From IMG/VR virus record IMGVR_UViG_3300044259_000172: a stretch of DNA of 64,000 bases, one strand, 5' to 3'. Position 1 is the stretch's first letter. Every line of letters begins with the position of its first letter. The translations under genes were made by a program, and so were the position numbers. Shown here one piece after another: positions 55,248 to 64,000 of the stretch. The stretch is from a virus (Duplodnaviria > Heunggongvirae > Uroviricota > Caudoviricetes). The notes beneath the pieces were generated by a model that saw nothing but the letters and a program-made list of their open reading frames with translations, had not been told where the DNA came from and searched no databases.

Positions 55248-56150
55248 ATGATCAATAAAATTTTTGAAGTGGAACATAATCCACATTATATCAATCGTTA
55301 CTTGAAGTTTATTAATTCTATCAAAGAATTAGGTGAAAGAACACATTTAATTACAGAAAAACATCATATATTACCAAGTAAATTATGGCCAGAATTTAAA
55401 AATCTTAGACAAAATAAATGGAATATGGTTAAACTTACTTATAGAGAACATTTTATCGCTCATCTTATTTTATTTAAGTGTTTTTGTGGAAATAGAAAAA
55501 TTAAAATGCTTCAAGCTCTAAATTTTATGATGAAGCATTCCAAAAAATCAAGTGTTTATCAAATCAAAAGAACTGAGTGGTTTCTCAAATTCGGTAAAGG
55601 AGAAAATCATCCTAATTTTGGAAATACTCATTCTCCTGAAACTCGGAATAAAATATCTGAATTTAGAAAAAATTTTACAGGTTGGAAACATTCCAAGGAA
55701 ACAAAATCTAAAATATCAAATACTAAAACTGGTAAACTTCGCTCAGAAGAAACTAAAAAGAAAATATCGGAATCACATATAGGTAAAATACTTTCAAGTG
55801 AAACAAAAGAAAAAATATCGAAAACTACAACAGGGAAAATTGTTTCTGAAGAAACAAAAGCCAAAATGTCAGAATCTCGAAAAGGAGAAAAACATCCTCT
55901 TTTCGGAAAAACTCATTCTGATGAAACCAGAAAGAAAATGTCAGAATCCCATAAAGGAGAAACCTCGCCAATGCGCGGAAAAACTCATTCTGATGAAACC
56001 AGAAAGAAAATGTCAGAAGCCCATAAAGGAGAAAAACATCCAATGTTTGGAAAGCCTCGATCTGAGGAAACAAAGGCCAAAATATCAGAATCCAAAAAAG
56101 GAAAGCTTCGCGGGCCTTATAAAAAGAAAAATCCGCGAATCCTGATTTAA
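55248..56150 (+). CDS. free-standing HNH homing endonuclease with about 8 tandem NUMOD3 DNA-binding repeats
   Basis: N-terminal HNH_3-like EKHHILPSKLW...NMVKLTYREHFIAH; repeats GKTHSDETRKKMSESHKGE...; only plus-strand gene in the replication module. Confidence 0.75.
   Translation: MINKIFEVEHNPHYINRYLKFINSIKELGERTHLITEKHHILPSKLWPEFKNLRQNKWNMVKLTYREHFIAHLILFKCFCGNRKIKMLQALNFMMKHSKKSSVYQIKRTEWFLKFGKGENHPNFGNTHSPETRNKISEFRKNFTGWKHSKETKSKISNTKTGKLRSEETKKKISESHIGKILSSETKEKISKTTTGKIVSEETKAKMSESRKGEKHPLFGKTHSDETRKKMSESHKGETSPMRGKTHSDETRKKMSEAHKGEKHPMFGKPRSEETKAKISESKKGKLRGPYKKKNPRILI
55860..56050 (+). repeat. near-perfect ~60-bp tandem nucleotide repeat inside the endonuclease gene (NUMOD3 units)
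   Basis: ggaaaaactcattctgatgaaaccagaaagaaaatgtcagaa(t/g)cccataaaggagaaa occurs twice. Confidence 0.7.
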
Positions 56151-56231
56151 TAAACCGCTGACTATAAACAAAATTATAACTAGGACCCTTAGGTTGTTCG
56201 CCAGGATGTTTCTTAAATGATCGTTAATGTT

Positions 56232-56639
56232 TTATTTTCTCTTCTTTGAATTTACAGGAATTTCAAATTCTTTGATAATTTCTTTTTTTTGATCTTCAGA
56301 AAGAAATTTAATCATTTCCAAAGATTTATCAAGAGATAATTTATGATATTTTTGAAGAGTATTTAATACTTCTTGATCATTTTTACCTGAAAGCTTTTTA
56401 GGCCATTTTGACCATCTCTTTCTTTTTGAAACTAAAGTATGAAGAAAATGATATTGGCATGATGGAGGAATAGAAGGCCTCATATTCATTTCATCAGCCA
56501 ATAAAATTGTATCCATATGGAGTGATAAACCTCTATTTACCATAAAGGCATTATATTCATTTGGATCCAATTCTCCAGTCAGAATTTGATTATCAGAAGA
56601 TTCAGAAACAGAATTTATGAAATCAAAAGGAGTGCTCAT
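56232..56639 (-). CDS. gp62: clamp loader small subunit (T4 gp62)
   Basis: FMVNRGLS and RKRWSKWPKK align to T4 gp62 FMVENALS / GKRYGKWAKL; 4-bp overlap with gp44 gene. Confidence 0.7.
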   Translation of the reverse strand: MSTPFDFINSVSESSDNQILTGELDPNEYNAFMVNRGLSLHMDTILLADEMNMRPSIPPSCQYHFLHTLVSKRKRWSKWPKKLSGKNDQEVLNTLQKYHKLSLDKSLEMIKFLSEDQKKEIIKEFEIPVNSKKRK

Positions 56640-57592
56640 TGAAATTCCGCTTCTGACATAATCTTAGTTAAAGTAGCTACCAATTTCAATTCCTTATCAA
56701 CTGCTGAAGCCATAGTAGTTTGAGCTTCATCTAGAAAAATGACAGCCTGAGGAAAAGTACTCATGACAAAATATTTATGCCCATTGTGATACAAATCAAG
56801 AATAATTTCCATTGCATCATCTACATTTTCTCCTACCCACTTTCGCATCTTATTCCACTCTTTATCCTTAAGATACTTGATAAGTTCAGTAGAATCAGAT
56901 TTTTTAATATAATCCAAAATTCCAGAATCGATAGACCCTACAGCAGAATAATGCTGAATTGCATTAATAATGCGCCGCATATCAGGAAAATACTTCACAA
57001 CAAGAGTTTTAAGGACTTCTGTGTCATATTCATTAATTCCTTCAGATTTTAGAATGAAAATTAGACGACGAATAAAATCCATAGCCAAAGGTTTCATTTC
57101 ATTCTTAGGAATTTTAAGGTCAATAACATGACACCTAGAAATCAAAGCATCGAGCAATCTACCTGGAAAATTGCATGTTAGAATAAATCCACAATTATCA
57201 GAATTTGCTTCAATAACAGATCTGAGAGCCAATTGAGCATCTCCTGTTAGATTATCAGCCTCGTCATAAATGACCATTTTTCGCTTATTACCACCATCCC
57301 AAGAAACGGATGTAGCAAATTTACCTACCTTATTTTTTACTGTATCAATTCCTCGATCTTCTCCAGATCCTTGAAGGAACAAATAATCAATTCCCAATTC
57401 ATTACAAATAGCCTTAGCAAGGGTAGTTTTACCTACTCCGGCATTTCCGGCTAAAATCAAATCAGGAATATTTCCTTTATCACGAAATGCAATAAATTGC
57501 TCTTTAATTTTAATTGGAAGAATTGCATCTTCTACAGTCTGGGGCCTGTATTTTTGGGTCCAAACAAATTCATCTACTTTAGTTTTCATCAT
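56636..57592 (-). CDS. gp44: clamp loader large subunit (T4 gp44, AAA+)
   Basis: Walker A GNAGVGKTT, Walker B VIYDEAD, SRC-like motif; T4 gene order. Confidence 0.85.
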   Translation of the reverse strand: MMKTKVDEFVWTQKYRPQTVEDAILPIKIKEQFIAFRDKGNIPDLILAGNAGVGKTTLAKAICNELGIDYLFLQGSGEDRGIDTVKNKVGKFATSVSWDGGNKRKMVIYDEADNLTGDAQLALRSVIEANSDNCGFILTCNFPGRLLDALISRCHVIDLKIPKNEMKPLAMDFIRRLIFILKSEGINEYDTEVLKTLVVKYFPDMRRIINAIQHYSAVGSIDSGILDYIKKSDSTELIKYLKDKEWNKMRKWVGENVDDAMEIILDLYHNGHKYFVMSTFPQAVIFLDEAQTTMASAVDKELKLVATLTKIMSEAEFQ

Positions 57593-57654
57593 ACTAAATA
57601 TCCTTAAATTTTAACTCTATAGAGGCAAAAGGAACCTAAAAGGTTCCTTTATTT

Positions 57655-58350
57655 TTAACTTTCAAATCTTGAGAACTTTTGAATTGAAATCCAGTAGTCG
57701 ATACGTTCATTGAAAAAGTGAATAATCTTAGCCTGATCATTGAAGAAAATTCCAACTTCATAATTATCAACAAGCATAACTAGATCTGAAGCTGCAACAA
57801 CAATATTAAAATCTTGATCTGTTTCTACATCTACATCAATTGTATAAAGATTCGCTGAAGGATCAAAATCCTTTGTTTCTTTATGAAGTTCTCCTGCAAT
57901 GACACTCAACTTTCCTCCCTTTGAATAGAATGCAATATATTCAAATCCATTCGCAGAGATGGCAGAAAGAAGTCTAGACAAAAGCTCATTTGACAGAGAA
58001 AATTGATAATTATAATCTAGGGCAGGTGGAATCTTGTCTGCCCAAGTCATAGTATTCTTATTGGAATAAGCAATCTTTTGCTTTCCATACTTATCTGAAA
58101 TAGTAAGAGAAGTATCTCCTAATTCAAGATCTGGACCACCTTCAGCCTTAAAGATTGAATAAATTGAAAGAAATTCTTGCAAAGAATAAAGAGAAATTTC
58201 TTTATTAAAGGTTTCATCTGCTCTATATCGAGCACCAATAGTTTTGCCTTCATTTCTAGTTCGAATTTCATTTCCAGGCTGAATTACAATATTCGGCTCA
58301 ATAACGGAAAAATTCTTTAGTACCTTTAGTGTCTTATCAGATAGTTTCAT
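57655..58350 (-). CDS. gp45: sliding clamp (T4 gp45)
   Basis: 231 aa; N-terminus MKLSDKTLKVLKNF matches T4 gp45 MKLSKDTTALLKNF; position. Confidence 0.8.
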   Translation of the reverse strand: MKLSDKTLKVLKNFSVIEPNIVIQPGNEIRTRNEGKTIGARYRADETFNKEISLYSLQEFLSIYSIFKAEGGPDLELGDTSLTISDKYGKQKIAYSNKNTMTWADKIPPALDYNYQFSLSNELLSRLLSAISANGFEYIAFYSKGGKLSVIAGELHKETKDFDPSANLYTIDVDVETDQDFNIVVAASDLVMLVDNYEVGIFFNDQAKIIHFFNERIDYWISIQKFSRFES

Positions 58351-58374
58351 TTTTACCTCTTTTAATATTTTGTG

Positions 58375-58403
58375 ATTTTAACATACATAATTCAATATGT
58401 ACA
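58375..58403 (-). promoter_or_regulatory. sigma70-like promoter with TGTACA -35 (TGTACA-17-TAAAAT) upstream of the gp45 gene
   Basis: minus-sense gTGTACAtattgaattatgtatgtTAAAATcacaaaatattaaaagaggtaaaaATG. Confidence 0.45.
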
Positions 58404-58407
58404 CAGA

Positions 58408-60111
58408 TTAAAGTTCTTTTAAGACTGAAAAATTTGAAACTTTTTCCGCTATAAGAGTCCTTGAAAATTTGTCTTGCATTCTAGCATTATGACTAATAAT
58501 GAAAACATTCATATTAGATTCCTTTAAAAGTTTTGTAAGGAAGTCTACCCCTTCTGCATCCATAGATGAATCGAAAATTTCATCCATACATAAGATATTC
58601 GCAGAAATAGAATTTTTGATTTTTGCAATTTCTATGAAAGCAAAAAGAATGGCAAGATTAATTCTTGATTTTTCTCCTTCAGAAAATGAAGAATATGAAA
58701 ATTTATCTCTAAATCTAGATTTAATTGTTTCATCAAAATTTTCATCTAAATAGAATGAAATATAAAAATCCATCATAGACAAATACTTATTGATTAGATT
58801 ATTAAGCATAGGAAGATAAGTCGATATAATTTTAGATTTTATACCAGAATCTGACGAAAGTTTCAAACAAATATCATAATATTTGAGTTTTGAGATACCT
58901 TTCTTATACTTTTCAATTGATTCGTTTAAAGTATTTACTAAATTATCAAGTTTTTCTTGGTATTCTTTATATGATACATCTTCAGTATTTTCCAAAGATA
59001 AAATTTTATCTTTAATCTTTATCATATAATTATTCTGACTTTGTAATTCGGAGAAAGCCTTTGATCTCTTCTCTTTCATTGAAATAGAAAATTCTAATTC
59101 ATTTTGATATTCATTAGTTCTTTCCTCTAATTCCGCTTCAAGAATAGAAATTTCTTCCTTCATTCTAACGGTTTCAGAATCAATTTCTTCGCACGAATGA
59201 GCCTTAAATTCTGAATCAATTGATTGACTACATGTAGGACAAATATCATTTGATTTAAAAAAATTTAATTCTTTTAGAGATTTATTTAAATCATTCTTTG
59301 ATTCTCGTATTTTTGATTTAATGTTTTCGATATAGGATTTTTTATTAGATAAGATTTCGTCAGATACGACTTTTGCTGAGAAGATTCCATCAATTTCTTT
59401 AATATTTTTGCTGAAACTTCTGAGTTTATCTTCGATTGATTCGAGTTCATTCTTAAATTCCTTGATTTGATTTTCTTTATTATTCTCTATATGAGAGATA
59501 AATTCTTCATTTTCGGAAATAGATCTCTTAAGTTGAGAAACCTCTGAATTAAGTTCTGTCAATTGAGATTTATGTTGGCCTATAGTTTCTTTTATAGTAT
59601 CCGCCATAATGGAAAATACAGATAAGTCTAAAAGTTCTTCTGTAATTTCTCTTCTTGCGAATGTAGGCAATTCCATAAAGGGTTGATATTTCGCAGAACC
59701 TAGAATTTCAATCTGGGTAAATGATCTATATGATTGTTTTAAGATTTGGGTTTCTAGAATTTTTTGATAATCTCTGTTTTTATTATCTTGATTTAATAAT
59801 TCTCCATTAAAATAGACCTCAAAAATAGTAGGTTTGATCCCACGTCTAACTTTATAATGTCCATTATTCGCCGTGAATTCAAGTTCGACCAGACAATCCT
59901 TTTCATTCATTGAATTGATCAATTGGTCCTTTTTAATTTTTCTAAAAGCCTTGCCATACAAAGCAAATGTAATGGCATCAAGGAAGGTAGATTTACCTTC
60001 CCCATTTTTACCTATAATAAGAGTAGATTCACTTCTAGAAAGATCTAATTCCGTAAATACATTTCCATATGAAATGAAATTTTTAAATCTTAAAGTTTTA
60101 AATGTTAGCAT
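58408..60111 (-). CDS. gp46: recombination endonuclease subunit gp46 (SbcC/Rad50-like ATPase)
   Basis: N-terminal Walker A GKNGEGKST, coiled coil, C-terminal signature/D-loop region. Confidence 0.85.
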   Translation of the reverse strand: MLTFKTLRFKNFISYGNVFTELDLSRSESTLIIGKNGEGKSTFLDAITFALYGKAFRKIKKDQLINSMNEKDCLVELEFTANNGHYKVRRGIKPTIFEVYFNGELLNQDNKNRDYQKILETQILKQSYRSFTQIEILGSAKYQPFMELPTFARREITEELLDLSVFSIMADTIKETIGQHKSQLTELNSEVSQLKRSISENEEFISHIENNKENQIKEFKNELESIEDKLRSFSKNIKEIDGIFSAKVVSDEILSNKKSYIENIKSKIRESKNDLNKSLKELNFFKSNDICPTCSQSIDSEFKAHSCEEIDSETVRMKEEISILEAELEERTNEYQNELEFSISMKEKRSKAFSELQSQNNYMIKIKDKILSLENTEDVSYKEYQEKLDNLVNTLNESIEKYKKGISKLKYYDICLKLSSDSGIKSKIISTYLPMLNNLINKYLSMMDFYISFYLDENFDETIKSRFRDKFSYSSFSEGEKSRINLAILFAFIEIAKIKNSISANILCMDEIFDSSMDAEGVDFLTKLLKESNMNVFIISHNARMQDKFSRTLIAEKVSNFSVLKEL

Positions 60112-61205
60112 TATTCAGAAAAACTTCCTTTATTTATGGCTTCCGTATAAAATTTAGACATCAATGATTTTATGATATCTTTATTGATATTTTTTTCCAT
60201 ATTCATGTCATCAATCATATCATGAATAATATGAATCGTAGATTTTGATTCAACGATTTCATCTGAAATCGTATCAGAAAACATATTTTGTATGTCTTCA
60301 ATAATCTTTATATCATAAGTCTTTATATCATTGTTCAAAATATTAATGAATTTGTCAAAAATAAATCTATCAATATCACCTGTGACGATTACCTTAATAA
60401 ATTTGTTTGTTAATCTTTCTAATTGAGTCGATAACCATTTTAGAGATTCAACTCCGGAGATTAAATTGTTTTCATAAAAAATCTTTACATACAAATCATC
60501 TCTTTTATTAGGAATAAAAGTCAAAGAAGCATTAGATGTATCAAAAATATGAAATCCCTTTTTCTGCCCATAATCTGACCAATTGAATTGGTATTGAGTT
60601 CCAAGATTATGAATATTTGCTCCAATTTGAGATTTTGTATGAATGTGACCATTTAATACAAAATCATATTTGAAAAATGTATCAAGAGAAAATCCATGTT
60701 CTAGAAAAATTCCAGGAACATTTTGGGACCCCATTATATCAGTATGTGTTATGATAGTTTTTGCTAAATTTGATTCGATCGCCTCTAGACATTCTTCTTC
60801 ATTCTCAGCACAAATCCAAGGAATAAACTGAATAGGATAATTATCAAAATTTACTATAGTAGGTTTATCATAAAACTTAATATTTTCATATTTATGAATA
60901 ACAGGGCTGATACAATTAGGATGTATTACATTTTTATAATACACATCATGATTTCCGGGTATGATGTGTATATTTTTGTTAGAAAATGGTTCTAAAAAAG
61001 AACCATGAATTAAATTTAAAGTTTTAATATTGATAGATTTTCTATCATCAAAAACATCTCCTGCTACTATAATATCAGTGATATTCTCTTCTTCTATTTT
61101 AGGGGAAAAATCATTTTCCAAAAATGATTTTAATTCATTCTCAAAAATAGAATTTCCATTTCTTACTCCAAAATGGAGATCATTCAGAATCGCCAAACGT
61201 GTCAA
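60111..61205 (-). CDS. gp47: recombination endonuclease subunit gp47 (SbcD/Mre11-like)
   Basis: IPGNHDVYYKNVIHPN...KFYDKPTIVNFD...FIPWICAENEEE aligns to T4 gp47. Confidence 0.85.
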   Translation of the reverse strand: MTRLAILNDLHFGVRNGNSIFENELKSFLENDFSPKIEEENITDIIVAGDVFDDRKSINIKTLNLIHGSFLEPFSNKNIHIIPGNHDVYYKNVIHPNCISPVIHKYENIKFYDKPTIVNFDNYPIQFIPWICAENEEECLEAIESNLAKTIITHTDIMGSQNVPGIFLEHGFSLDTFFKYDFVLNGHIHTKSQIGANIHNLGTQYQFNWSDYGQKKGFHIFDTSNASLTFIPNKRDDLYVKIFYENNLISGVESLKWLSTQLERLTNKFIKVIVTGDIDRFIFDKFINILNNDIKTYDIKIIEDIQNMFSDTISDEIVESKSTIHIIHDMIDDMNMEKNINKDIIKSLMSKFYTEAINKGSFSE

Positions 61206-61716
61206 TATTATTCTTTTCTATATGTTCTCTTAAGTTATCATCAAATTTCTTGTCTTCAAAAGCATCGCTTTCGATTTTATCTAAGACTAGATTTGAATAT
61301 CCTTCGCCATTATTTTCAGCCATAATATGGTCAAAATAATTTTCTTCTTGAGCTCTCGTTTTTGCTTTATTATTTTTTGTTTCTTTTTTAATAAAATTCA
61401 AAAAGGCATTATTTACTATAAAAGTAATATACGCAAACGGATTTTTATATTTGATAGGATCAAAATTATGAATGTATTTTATCACAGTTAGACATGCATA
61501 TCCTATCATATCTTCATGAATATGACGAAGATGTCTAAATTTATAATACCTAGTAAAATTTGTTGAAATCATATATATGGCGGTTCCCATATATTCTGTT
61601 GCAGGAGGAGGATCTCCAATTGACCCTCCTTCTTTCCATTTTAAAATTGCAGGATACCAATTCTCAAGCATATCCTTATAAAGTGCTTTGTTATCTACAT
61701 AATTCTTATTTGCCAT
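61180..61716 (-). CDS. gp55: late-transcription sigma factor gp55
   Basis: HNFDPIKYKNPFAYITFIVNNAFLNFIKKE matches T4 gp55 [30 protein letters not shown]. Confidence 0.8.
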   Translation of the reverse strand: MANKNYVDNKALYKDMLENWYPAILKWKEGGSIGDPPPATEYMGTAIYMISTNFTRYYKFRHLRHIHEDMIGYACLTVIKYIHNFDPIKYKNPFAYITFIVNNAFLNFIKKETKNNKAKTRAQEENYFDHIMAENNGEGYSNLVLDKIESDAFEDKKFDDNLREHIEKNNIDTFGDSE

Positions 61717-61752
61717 TAAGAATAATATATAACAAAATACTCTAAAAGTACA

Positions 61753-62208
61753 CTATTTTATGTTTGTAATAGGTGAAGATGATACTGAAACAGGAATTTC
61801 AAACGGGCCTATTTGCTCATCAGTCATTCTTCCGGCACATTCATATTTAAGGGCAATAAGGACTGAACTAGCCTTTGATTCTTCTTGATTGAAATTCCAA
61901 TCCCACTTTCCAAAATCTATTTTATAAATGAATGATTTTGGCTTGTTTTCTATTGAACTTTTTAAGGTAATAGGAACTTCATATACTACTTTATTCTTTA
62001 CAATATAACCTATTGCTGCTCCTTTTACAGGTTTACAAGATCTAATTTTATAACCTTCAATTTCAGCTGAAACTTTACTTTCCTCTATACTCCAATTAGA
62101 AGCTTGAGCAAATACAATCACAGGTAAAGAATATTGATATATTAGGAGTGAGATAATTCCTATAATCACCCCTAATAATAGTTGAATAATTTTTGTAATT
62201 TTTGTCAT
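61753..62208 (-). CDS. membrane protein with N-terminal signal-anchor (possible lysis accessory/spanin-like)
   Basis: MTKITKIIQLLLGVIIGIISLLIYQY; upstream of endolysin. Confidence 0.45.
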   Translation of the reverse strand: MTKITKIIQLLLGVIIGIISLLIYQYSLPVIVFAQASNWSIEESKVSAEIEGYKIRSCKPVKGAAIGYIVKNKVVYEVPITLKSSIENKPKSFIYKIDFGKWDWNFNQEESKASSVLIALKYECAGRMTDEQIGPFEIPVSVSSSPITNIK

Positions 62209-62211
62209 TTA

Positions 62212-62478
62212 TTAAATCCCTAATAATCCTTTTAATATTCCTACTCCCCAAGTTTGTAAAGCGTAATAAGCTCCAACACAAGAAGCAAACCCAACCAAAA
62301 GATTCTTAGCAAGAGTTCCAATTTTTCCAAATGCGATAAATGATTGATATACACTTATCATATTTTTGACTACTCTTATTTCTTCATTAGAAAGAACTAA
62401 TATATCATCCTTTTCCAATAAATTTTTAATATGTTCGATAATGATTTTTTCATCATCATTTAAATTATCTTCTACCAT
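62212..62478 (-). CDS. small membrane protein (C-terminal TM region), holin candidate
   Basis: hydrophobic C-terminus LLVGFASCVGAYYALQTWGVGILKGLLGI; immediately upstream of endolysin. Confidence 0.45.
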   Translation of the reverse strand: MVEDNLNDDEKIIIEHIKNLLEKDDILVLSNEEIRVVKNMISVYQSFIAFGKIGTLAKNLLVGFASCVGAYYALQTWGVGILKGLLGI

Positions 62479-62492
62479 TTTACAAATTTTCC

Positions 62493-63341
62493 TTAAGATT
62501 GAAGATACTTAGATGAGACAAATCCTATTGAATCTCCAGTTTTAATTTGTGTCCATGTAGAATCTACATCTCTAATCTTTGAAACCTTTGTTCCTTTAGA
62601 TAGTGTTTTGATGATAGAACTATTAGTGGATGGGTCAAATCTTAAATTTAAATTTGCAGTTGTAGTCAATACATTTTCCTCATTAGAATAATCATTCTGA
62701 GAAGCTTTTGTTCCATTTACATTTGAATAGAAATCATCTGGAAGACAAGGACCTGGATCACATTTTCTTAATGGAGCAATCATATCATGTCCAACTACTT
62801 CTTTAATTGGATATGCTTCTTTGAGAGCTTTAACTATTCCATAGAGAGCTTCCATTTGGGCCTTTGAAAACTCTACCCAATATTTTTTTGGACCACCATT
62901 TTTATGAGCAACAAAATTAATCTTATCATCCCTATCATTCCATTTTACTGTAGAAGAACCTGGATATTTGTAATAAGAAATTCCATCTTTTTCATATGCA
63001 AAATCAACAAATCCAGGATTTGTGACTTCTATACCAATTGAATATGAGTTTAGACCTTCAATTCCATTCCAACTAGATTTTCCTGCATGCCAAAGAATTT
63101 CTGAAAAATCTGAAATTTGAACCACCTCACCTTCTTTAGAAACAACTAGTTGGCAAGATGATTGGACATTTTGATCAGAAGATAATGTTCTAATATCAGA
63201 TTCAAATGTAATTCCTGCCGTATAGTGGATCACAATATAAGAAATTGGAAATTTTCTTTTACCGGAGGTTTTTGTTGTATTAAAGTGTTTAACCTGGTTT
63301 CCATCCCTGAAAAGAAGATTATTTTTTACTGTAAATGCCAT
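62493..63341 (-). CDS. endolysin: N-acetylmuramoyl-L-alanine amidase (Amidase_2/PGRP) with C-terminal SH3b-like binding domain
   Basis: IVIHYTAG, LWHAGKSSWNG, NSYSIGIEV, VGHDMIAPLRKCDPGP amidase_2 motifs; C-terminal ~70 aa SH3-like. Confidence 0.8.
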   Translation of the reverse strand: MAFTVKNNLLFRDGNQVKHFNTTKTSGKRKFPISYIVIHYTAGITFESDIRTLSSDQNVQSSCQLVVSKEGEVVQISDFSEILWHAGKSSWNGIEGLNSYSIGIEVTNPGFVDFAYEKDGISYYKYPGSSTVKWNDRDDKINFVAHKNGGPKKYWVEFSKAQMEALYGIVKALKEAYPIKEVVGHDMIAPLRKCDPGPCLPDDFYSNVNGTKASQNDYSNEENVLTTTANLNLRFDPSTNSSIIKTLSKGTKVSKIRDVDSTWTQIKTGDSIGFVSSKYLQS

Positions 63342-63556
63342 TTTATTATTATTTACTCCTGTAGGACTTTGTAATATTATTTATCTTTTGTGGCGAGATA
63401 AAGTATATGATATTAACAATTGTTAATTTTACAAAAATAACATACTACTGGATTAAATTTCATAATTTATTAAATTTCGTGCATTATTTTGTGTACAACA
63501 TTCTAGGACCGGTGTATAATATTTTAAAGGAAATCTTAAAATCTATATTAAAAGAA

Positions 63557-63625
63557 ACAAGCTTTAGCTTGTATCGTGAAACGATTAATCTAGATTATAT
63601 CTAGATAATAAAACTAATCATCATT
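63557..63625. repeat. second copy of the three-palindrome element (CAAGCTTTAGCTTG, ATCGTGAAACGAT, AATCTAGAT-tat-ATCTAGAT)
   Basis: about 35 bp near-identical to 4388-4425. Confidence 0.6.
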
Positions 63626-63648
63626 TCATGATGATGCTAAAGCAATCT

Positions 63649-63990
63649 TTAAGATTTAATTTTAGCTAGACCTTTAAATTTAGGTAAAGGCTTTAATTCG
63701 GAAAATGTCTTCTTAGATTTATTAACAAAAATGTCATCCAAAGATATTTTTTGTGTACAAATATCTCTGAGTATGATATTTATAGCAATAGAGTCAATAA
63801 TATCACAGGATGTTCCTTCAATTTTACATCCTAACTTCTCATGAAGGTAATAACCATATTTTGAATGAAAACTATCAGCCATTAATTCCTTATTAGCTGT
63901 TCCTTTACCAGAAAATAACTTCTTGATGGAAGTAGGAGGTAATTGGATCATTTCCTTTTTGGATAAACTCCATATCATATATTTGATCAT
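63649..63990 (-). CDS. hypothetical protein (113 aa); weak resemblance to RuvC/A22-like resolvases
   Basis: ORF track; assignment speculative. Confidence 0.3.
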   Translation of the reverse strand: MIKYMIWSLSKKEMIQLPPTSIKKLFSGKGTANKELMADSFHSKYGYYLHEKLGCKIEGTSCDIIDSIAINIILRDICTQKISLDDIFVNKSKKTFSELKPLPKFKGLAKIKS

Positions 63991-64000
63991 TTGAGTATTT

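Noticed and set aside
56151-56231. Slightly GC-richer 80-bp stretch between the homing endonuclease and gp62 gene ends, as a possible endonuclease target or att-like site
   Set aside because: No clear dyad symmetry or repeat; cannot be supported without comparison to an intron-less or endonuclease-less relative.
17436-63490. TGTACA hexamer seen in many intergenic regions as a possible universal second promoter class
   Set aside because: Expected about 20 times by chance in 64 kb at this base composition, and one occurrence (23150) lies inside a small coding ORF. Only the two sites with proper -10 spacing (52671, 58375) were kept.
63649-63990. RuvC/A22-like Holliday junction resolvase call for the last ORF
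   Set aside because: Only vague resemblance and no clear D-E-D-D catalytic pattern; kept as hypothetical with low confidence.
1-64000. CRISPR arrays, integrase or attachment sites, rRNA genes
   Set aside because: No regularly spaced direct repeats with unique spacers, no tyrosine/serine recombinase, no rRNA-like sequence. The window looks like lytic-phage genome interior.

Overview
This 64-kb window looks like a fragment of a T4-like (Tevenvirinae-type) myovirus genome. It is very AT-rich (about 30% GC), densely packed, and almost entirely transcribed on the minus strand.

- Roughly 900-9500: a structural module. Minus-strand genes of uncertain product (baseplate or tail-associated by context) lie next to a plus-strand 1145-aa tail fiber gene, two small paralogous tail-fiber-associated genes and a convergent lipoprotein gene.
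- 9.9-47 kb: a long early/accessory region with many small ORFs. I recognise DNA ligase, a NADAR-family protein, a 5'(3')-deoxyribonucleotidase, an Rnl2-type RNA ligase, a CCA-adding enzyme, a Pnk kinase-only protein, primase gp61, a GapR-like DUF2312 protein, a tRNA-Lys(UUU) with an adjacent tRNA-like element, an HD-domain protein, a Pth2-like hydrolase, an SPFH lipoprotein, NMNAT-like and nucleotidyltransferase-fold genes, a ThyA-fold dCMP-hydroxymethylase-like gene, two metallophosphoesterases, a NUDIX hydrolase, a macro-domain protein, dCMP deaminase, a DnaQ-type exonuclease, ThyX and a MazG-like pyrophosphatase.
- 47.6-61.7 kb: the canonical T4 replication/recombination core in T4 order: Dam, gp41 helicase, UvsX, gp43 polymerase, gp62, gp44, gp45, gp46, gp47 and gp55. 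A plus-strand HNH/NUMOD3 homing endonuclease is inserted between gp43 and gp62.
- 61.7-63.3 kb: a lysis cassette of two membrane proteins and an amidase_2-SH3b endolysin.

The sequence-level signals worth a second look are:
- recurrent T4-early-like promoters (GTTTACA, 17-bp spacer, TATAAT-like -10);
- several rho-independent terminators overlapping stop codons;
- a conserved three-palindrome element present at two distant sites (4.4 and 63.6 kb);
- an iteron-rich, palindrome-rich region bracketed by two terminators (25.6-25.9 kb);
- a repeat-rich intergenic locus (30.9-31.2 kb) with a duplicated SD-ATG-CTC-TAA minigene and a GC-rich hairpin.

GapR-like and DUF1127 genes plus the extreme AT content suggest an AT-rich alphaproteobacterial host (pelagic SAR11-like); this is inference only.
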